Part shown: positions 56,410-64,000 of the stretch, piece by piece
Numbering within the stretch: the stretch's first letter is position 1
Layout: each line of letters begins with the position of its first letter
Source: the human T2T-CHM13v2.0 reference genome, Homo sapiens
Strand: one strand, 5' to 3'
Assembly: GCF_009914755.1 (NCBI RefSeq)
Contig: NC_060932.1
DNA length: 64,000 bases
Position numbers and translations under genes: made by a program
The notes under the pieces: model-generated
Databases searched by the model: none
Seen by the model: only the letters and a program-made list of their open reading frames with translations
Told to the model about the DNA's origin: nothing

Positions 56410-56584
56410 AGTTTTCAAAAGAGAGGTACCCAAACAGCAGCATCAGCATCACCTGGGAGCTTGTTAGAAATGCAAATTCTCAAGCCTCACCTCAGACTGA
56501 ATCAGAAACTCTTGGGTGGGCCCAAAAGTCTGTGAACAAGCTCTGCAGGTGATTCTTATGCACTCTCAAGACTGAGAACCACTG
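56410..56584. mobile_element. MER5A (hAT-Charlie)
   Basis: CAGCATCAGCATCACCTGGGAGCTTGTTAGAAATGCAAATTCTC...GAGAACCACTG. Confidence 0.9.
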
Positions 56585-56679
56585 GTCCACACCTTCTATT
56601 TAACATGATAACTAGGTTGACCTATGTTGTAAATATTCCCATTGAACATAAAAGTGATGTAAAATTGCTAGAAGCTGTC

Positions 56680-57691
56680 TGTATTGGTCTTTTTTCACAC
56701 TGCTAAAAAGATACTACCTGAAACTGGGTAATTTATAAAGGAAAGTGGTTGAATTAACTCATAGTTCTGCATGACTGGGGAGGCCTCAGAAAACTTACAA
56801 TCATGACAGAAGGCGAAAGGGAATGAAGGCACGGCTTACATGGTGGCAGGAGAGAGACAGAGTGCGCAGGGGAAAGCTGCCCCTTTTAAAACCATCAGAT
56901 CACATGAGAGCTCCCTCACTATCATGAGAACAGCATGGCGAAACCACCTCCATTATCCAATCACCTCCCATCGGGTCCCTCCCTCGACACTTGGGGATTA
57001 CAATTCAAGAAGAGATTTAGGTGGGGACACAGCCAAACCATATCATTCTGCCCTGGCCCCTCCAAAATCTCCTGTCCTTTTCACATTTCACAACCAATCA
57101 TGCCTTCCCAACAGTCCCCCAAAGTCTTAACTCATTCCAGCATTATCACAAAAGTCCAAGTCCAAAGTCTCATCTGAGACAAGGTATGTCCCTTCCACCT
57201 ATGAGCCTGTAAAATCAGAAGCAAGTTAGTTATTTCCAAGATACAATGGGGGGTACAAGTATTGGGTAAATGTTCCTATTCCAAAATGGGAGAAATTGGC
57301 CAAAACAAAGAGGCCACAGACACCATGCAAGTCCAAAACCTGATGGGGCAGTCATTAAATCTTAAAGGTCCGTAATGATCTCCTTTGACTCCATGTCTCA
57401 CACCCACGGTACGCTGATGCAAAGGGTGGGCTCCCATGGCCTTGGGCAGCTCCTCCTCTGTAGCTCTGCAGGGTATGGCCTCTGCGGCTGCTTTCACAGG
57501 CTGGTGTGGAGTGCCTGCAGCTTTTCCAGGCACACGGTGCAAGCTGTCGGTGGATCTACCATTCTAGCGTCTGGAGGATGGTGGCCCTCTTCTCACAGTT
57601 CCACTAGGTAGTGCCCCAGTGAGGACTCTGTGTGGGGGCTCCAGCGCCACACTTCCTTTCCACACTGCCTTAGCAGAGGTTCTCCCTGAGG
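56680..57691 (-). mobile_element. THE1D-like 3'LTR (56680-57045) plus truncated internal region
   Basis: LTR ends GCCAAACCATATCA; following internal sequence is colinear with 48323-48970. Confidence 0.9.
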
Positions 57692-58830
57692 CTGTCTTAT
57701 GAAGACCAGCGTGGGAGGCAATAGAACTGTTTACTGAAAGAAATATTAAGAAAAAAATTCCTTCCCCCACCCCACCCAGCTTTGGAAAAAAGTTGCTTCT
57801 GGCACATTTCTAGAAATTAAGCTCCAAATAAAATTTGTAAATTGTAGATGGAAAGTGATAATAAAGACAGGCAGGTGATAATGGGAGTGTATTTGGATTA
57901 ACTTCTGAAAAAACAAAAAACTAGAAATTTGAGAGGAGATTTTAAAACCATGGCAGTGAGTAAGAATGAAGAGGTGAACAGAAAAAAAAAATGTTGGGTT
58001 TGTTTTAATTAAAAAACTAAAAGGTCAATAATACACAAGGCACTTAAATAAAAGTGATAAAGAAAAACAAATTAAGAGGATTTGGAACTCATGATTCACT
58101 TGAGGGTCACCTTGGTAGTAGTGAGATGTAATGGAGTGAGAAGAGCCTGGGTTTTCAGAGTCAGTGTTCAGATCCACCAGCTGTAAATTATATCATTCTG
58201 GATAATTCACTTAACATTAGGGATTGACATGCTTTCATTTGTTCTTACTTTGCCCTATAGTGAGAGAAGTAAAGTGTTTAATTAGGGCTATTATTAGTTT
58301 TCAATTTACCAAATAAATGAGCTCTTTTCTTTTAAAAAAAAAAAAAAAGAGGAGGAGGAGGAACAATGTATGGTGAGTGTGTTATGAAATCTGAGCGTAT
58401 TTTTGACAATGCAATAGCCCCCTCCTCCAGAACCTCATAAAAATAAAAACTTCAACTAAAGACTTGTATTACCCCTTAGGGCTTTTTGGAGTCAGATTTA
58501 TGGGTTTTTCTGTGTATGGTACTGGGTTGACATGAGGTTTGAGTTGGAATCAAGAAAGCCTCATGTTATTTGGGTTGAATTATTAAAATTGAGACTATGA
58601 GCCCAGTACATTTTTTCCAATATATTTCATGTTTAGGGCCATTCACATCAGCACTCATTTGCTGTTTGTGCTCAGAGACTTTACATCCCCTTGTGTCTCC
58701 AAGTTCTTGTCATCTATTTTATGAAAGAGGCCATATGGACACTGTCTTCTATAATGGTGTCAAATATTAGTCAGAGGGTTAAGTTGTAAAATGAGTGCAT
58801 AAAGCAAAAGCTAAGTGTAGTCATTTTTCT

Positions 58831-59151
58831 TTCTCTCTCTCTCTCTCTCTTTTTTTTTCCCCCACAGGGAGGGATGGAGTCTCACTGTGTCGCCCAGGCT
58901 GGAGTGCAGTGGCCCAATCTCGGCTTACTGAAACCTCCACCCCCTGGGTTCAAGTGATTCTCGTGCCTCAGCCTCCCAAGTAGCTGGGATTACAGGCATT
59001 CACCACCACACCAGCTAATTTTTGTATTTTTAGTAGAGACGGGGTTTCACCATGTTGGACAGGCTGGTCTTGAACTCCTGACCTCAAGTGATCCACCTGC
59101 CTCGGCCTCCCAAATTGCTGGGATTACAGGTGTGAGTCACCGCTCCTGGCT
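58831..59151 (-). mobile_element. Alu (AluSx-like) with (CT)n tail
   Basis: Full dimer; flanking TCATTTTTCT on both sides. Confidence 0.94.
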
Positions 59152-59712
59152 GCTTTTCATTTTTCTATCACTTGCACTATACAACTGCTGATCCCTCACC
59201 AGTCCTGTTGCTGGTAGAGGTTTGGCTGATATGCATGAATTCGTGATTTGGGAAGATTTTCTGTCATCCAGTTTTCTTGAGGATGATTGTCATGCATATT
59301 TTTTCCTTTCACTATGGTGGTTGGTCCATTTGTCTTTCAGTGATAACTTGAAAGATGTTTTAAAAACTACCACTGCATCACAATCCCACCACCTCAAACT
59401 GGATGAAATTTCCTGCTTGATAAACCAACTAAGACTAAAAACTAGCAGTTAGTGATATCAGAAGAGAATAAAAAGTGTGTCTTCCATTCAAACAGTGTAA
59501 GGTGATATCTCATTGTGATTTTAATTTGCATTTCCCTAATAATTAGTGATTTTGAGCAGTTTTTCATGAACCTGTTGGCCTTTTTAAATTTTTCTTTTGA
59601 GAAATGTCTGTGCAGGCCCTTTGCTCATTTTTTAATTGGGTTATTGCTTTTCTTGTTGACTTGTTTGGGTTCCTTATATATTTTGAATAGTAATCCCTTA
59701 TCAGATGTATGG

Positions 59713-60126
59713 TGTGTTAGTCTGTTTTGTATTGTTATAAAGGAATACCCACGGCTGGGTAATTTATGAAGAAAAGGTAGTCAGTTTTTTGGCTCATGCT
59801 TCTGCAGGGTGTACAAGCAACATGGTGCCGGCACCTGCTCAGCTTTTGGAAAGGACTCAGGAAGCTTTTACTCATGATGGAAGGCAAAGCGGGAGGAGGC
59901 ACATCACATAGCAAGAGTGGAAGCAAGAGAGACGTCATGCTCTTTTAAGCAATCAGCTCTCAGGTGAACTAATAGAGTGAGAACTCACTCATTTCTGTGG
60001 GGAGGGCATCAAGCTATTTATAATGGATCCATCCTCATGACACAAACACTGCTATCTCCCACCTCTAACACTGGAGATGACACTTGAACATGAGATTTGG
60101 AGGGGACAAATATCAAAACTATATCA
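59713..60126 (-). mobile_element. MSTB-like MaLR solo LTR
   Basis: TGTGTTAGTCTGTTTTG...AAACTATATCA; perfect TSD TATGG. Confidence 0.9.
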
Positions 60127-61112
60127 TATGGTTTGCAGATATTTTCTTCCATCCTTGAGTTATCTTTTCATTTTGTTAATTGTTTCCTTTGCTGTGCTGA
60201 AGCTTTGTTTAATGAAATCCCATTTGTCTATTTTTTGCTTTTGTTGCCTGTGCTTTTGGGAACCTATCTAAAAATTTATTGCCGGGAGCATTGTTGTGAA
60301 GCTTCCCCCTATATATTCTTTTAGTAGTTTTACAGTTTCAGCTCTGCTGTTTAAGTCTTCAATCAATTTTGAGATTATTTTTTAATATGATGTGAGATGG
60401 AGATCCAATTTTACTCTTCTGAATGTGGATATCTGATTTTCCCAGCACCATTTATTGAAGAGACTGCCCTTTCCCCATTGTATGTCTTTGGCACCTTTGT
60501 CAAAAATCAACTGACTATAAATGTGTGAGTTTATTTGTGGTGTTAGTCAGAATGTAGAGAAAAGGGACCCCTTATGTATTGCTGGTAGGACCACACATTA
60601 GTACAGCCATAATGGAAAATAGTGTGGAGGTGCCTCAAAAGACTAAAAATAGAACCACCACATAATCCAGCAATTCTGCTTCTTGATATATAGCCAAAAG
60701 AATTGAAATACATATGTGGAAAAGATAGCTGCACTCTCATGTTTACTGCAGCATTATTCACGATAACATGATACGGACTCAACCTAAATGTTCATCAATG
60801 AATGAATGGATACAGAAAATGTGGTATATATACACAATGGAATACTATTCAGCCTCTAAAACGAAGGAAATTCTGTCATTTATGACAACATGAATGAAGC
60901 TGATGGACATGATGTTAAACGAAGTAAGCGAGGCACACAAAGACAAATACTGCATGGTCTCACTTATACGTTGAATCCGAAAGAAACCAAATTCATAAAA
61001 GTAGAGAATAGAATGGTGGTTACCAGGGGTGGGGAGGGAAAGTGAGAAAGGAAATGGGGAGTTACTAGTCAAAAGAAGCAAAATTTCAGTTAGGCAGGAG
61101 AAATAAGTTTTT

Positions 61113-61479
<367 letters not shown>

Positions 61480-61706
61480 TAATAGTGTGTGATATGTTTC
61501 AAAATTGCTAAGAGAGTAAATTTCAGACATCTCACTTAAAAAATGATAAGTAAATGAGGTAATGGATGTTACTTAACTGAATTTAATCATTCCACATTGT
61601 ATACATACATCAAAAGATCACATCGTACTCCATAAATGTATACAATTATAATTTTACAATTAAAAATAATATTAATAATAAAAATATTTTAAGGAGCATG
61701 TCTTCC

Positions 61707-62460
61707 TAGTGCCAAAGTGTTTACAGAAGCAAAGAGGGACAACCACACCAAATGATGGATCAAGTTACACGGGGACTTGGGACATTGGATTCAGCCACCT
61801 GGAGGTCATTGGTAACCTTGACAAGAGTAATTTCTATAGAGCACAGGGGTGAAAACACCAAAGTCCTGTGGAATAGATTTGAGAGAGGATAGGAGGGGAG
61901 AAACGAGAGTCATCAAGTATAGATGACTCTTTCGAGAAGGTTTATTGTACAGGTATACAGCAAATTAAGGAGATAATGAGAGAATGTGCAGAGTCAACAG
62001 AGGACTTTTAAAGGTAGGAGGTACTATAGTATGTAAGTGTGATTACCGGAATGAGTCTGGAGAGACGTAAATATTGATGATGTAGGAGGAGGGGGCCATT
62101 TGCTTGTGTGATGCCCCTGGATAGTAGAAAAGGGAAAGGATCTGGTGCACAGTAGAGGAGGTGGTCTCAGATGACAATAAGTGATTGGCCAGAGCTTCAG
62201 GTAGGGAAGGGAGAGAATATGTGTACAGATGACAGTGGGGGAGCACTGAACAGTGGGGCTTGTTGGGGGTTCTCCTCTAATCCTTTTCAATATTTCTGAG
62301 CTAACAGAAGGAAATTCATTATCTTACAGTGAGGAGAGAGGAAAGGTGTCGGAGATTTGACAGGAAGGGTGAGAAGCAGTTACCAAGGAGAATGAAGAAG
62401 AAAACAGACTAGGAAAGTGTATTCAGGTGGTGCAGTAGCACTGAAGGCCTGCTTATGGTA
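61707..62460 (-). mobile_element. L2 fragment
   Basis: TGGAGGTCATTGGTAACCTTGACAAGAG...GATGACTCTTTCGAGAAG. Confidence 0.7.
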
Positions 62461-63449
62461 GTGCCAAAACCAGCTCAGTCCTCTTCAAATGAGCACCAAA
62501 TGGAAGAATTGGTTTGCATTTAGGGGCCATTTATACACAAAATACAGCATTTTATTTTTTATCTTTATAGCTTTTTCAATAGTTTTTTGCTGATTGTGCA
62601 CAGTGGAGTTTGAGAAAATTGAGAAATTAAATGCACATCTGGTGGTATCCACTGACCTTCCCTTTTTACTGATATTTATTCACCTAAGGATTATGGTTCC
62701 AGACTCACATTCAGTGTGGCTCTCAATATTATCCTGCTGTCAGCAGCCTAAGTACGTAGATGAGTGGAAAGCATGTACATGAAGACTTAACCATGTGTAC
62801 TTCTGGTAGGTGACACTTAAGTAGAACAGGCAAATATTAAAGAAAAAAAGACTTAAATTTCCTAGAAGCAGGTGACATTTCTTCCATTTGTTTCACAAAA
62901 TTTCACAAGTGAGAAAAGTCATGAAAAACTGGTCTTTGATCTTTTTTACCTCTTGAAAATGATGCAACATTTCTTTCTACTTCACAAGGTGAATATTTTT
63001 TTGAATGTTTTAAATCTCAAAGTTCAAACAATGGCATCAAAGCGCCAGGCTGGAGCTCACCATGGGGAGCCAGCCGGGGTCCTGTGCCCTGGGTGGCGCT
63101 GAGGCTCACGCTGTACACGGGGCACGGGGACAGTTCCAGAGCTCAGGGAGAGGCTTTGGTCCCAAATATGGACCACAGGCACAGGAAGCACTGCTTATTC
63201 CTTGGACTTTATACACTCAAATGCTTTCCTTCAAGAAATACAGTTTAAATTCCAGGCTTTGAGTTAGGCACAGGGGCTACAAAGTAAACAACTGTGGCCC
63301 TTCCTCCTCAAGAGCTAACTCCCAGTCCAGTGGAGAAGAAAGGTATTAAATTAGTGAGCTCCATGGAAGGCTAGAAGAGCCTGCAAAAGTCAAAGTCTAT
63401 ATGGAGCCAAGTGTCGGAGAGGGCCAAGGTAAATTTCATGGATAGTTTC

Positions 63450-63670
63450 AGAAGGAGTGTGGTGAAGGGGAGGATTTGGATTACAAAACATCTTATCTCA
63501 AACTGTGTAGCTTTAGGCAGGTCACAGTCTCTGAGCACCCGTTTTCCCATTTGCATAATGGGGGTAGTAGTAATAACAGTAATAATAAGTTACAAGAGGA
63601 TGTGCTGATTAAATGTTTATCAACTGCTCTGTACCAGGGCTTTTCAAGTGCTCAGCAAATGTCAATTCCC
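63450..63670 (+). mobile_element. MIR
   Basis: CTGTGTAGCTTTAGGCAGGTCAC...GTTTTCCCATTTGCATAATGGGG. Confidence 0.7.
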
Positions 63671-63779
63671 TTCCCATGTTTCTGCCCTTGTATGTTTGAA
63701 TTCTTTAACAATAAGCTGGAGATAGATGTTTTCAGATTAGACATGGAAAAATTAAGATAATCAGAGAGTTCAATTGCAA

Positions 63780-64000
63780 GTTAAAAGTCATGCCTCTGGA
63801 ATTAGTTGAAGGTTTATAATTAAGAGAAAGTTTCTACAAAATAACTGGCCTATAGTCTTCACAAATGTCAAGGTCATAAAAGACAAAAACTGAGGAGCAG
63901 ATTAAGGACTATGGAGACGTGAAAATTCAATGCAACTTGTGATTCTGAATTGGATTCTAGACCTGAAAATACTTTTTTTATTTGCATAGAGGACGATGTC
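63780..64000 (+). mobile_element. Old L1M (L1MC/ME) 3' fragment
   Basis: AATAACTGGCC...AAATGTCAAGGTCATAAAAGACAAA...TGAATTGGATTCTAGACC. Confidence 0.6.

Overview
Primate (very likely human or other catarrhine) genomic DNA, AT-rich and CpG-depleted, with roughly half of it made of transposable-element fossils. These include a window-truncated L1PB-type LINE (1-4735), a full-length dead L1PA7-like LINE (33255-39751, minus), a 5'-inverted L1MA, about 11 Alus, a complete THE1C MaLR provirus nested inside an Alu, THE1D/MSTB/MLT1/MLT2/LTR47-like LTRs, a long hAT (BLACKJACK-like) fossil, and MIR/L2/MER pieces. There is no intact transposon ORF1/ORF2 and no rRNA, tRNA or CRISPR array. The best candidate host-gene feature is a plus-strand terminal coding exon at 25927-25980 (VEISNDIEPEMRLLNLT*), which I cannot assign to a gene. 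The most notable oddities are a near-perfect 57-bp unique-sequence duplication 1.7 kb apart, an open 150-codon ORF0-like antisense frame in the L1PA7 5'UTR running to the ASP splice donor, a 19-bp hairpin, a possible 12-nt microexon, a possible LTR-driven antisense lncRNA, and several informative insertion junctions. I see no clear evidence of a wholly new biological system. Repeat subfamily names come from remembered consensus sequences and need RepeatMasker/Dfam confirmation.
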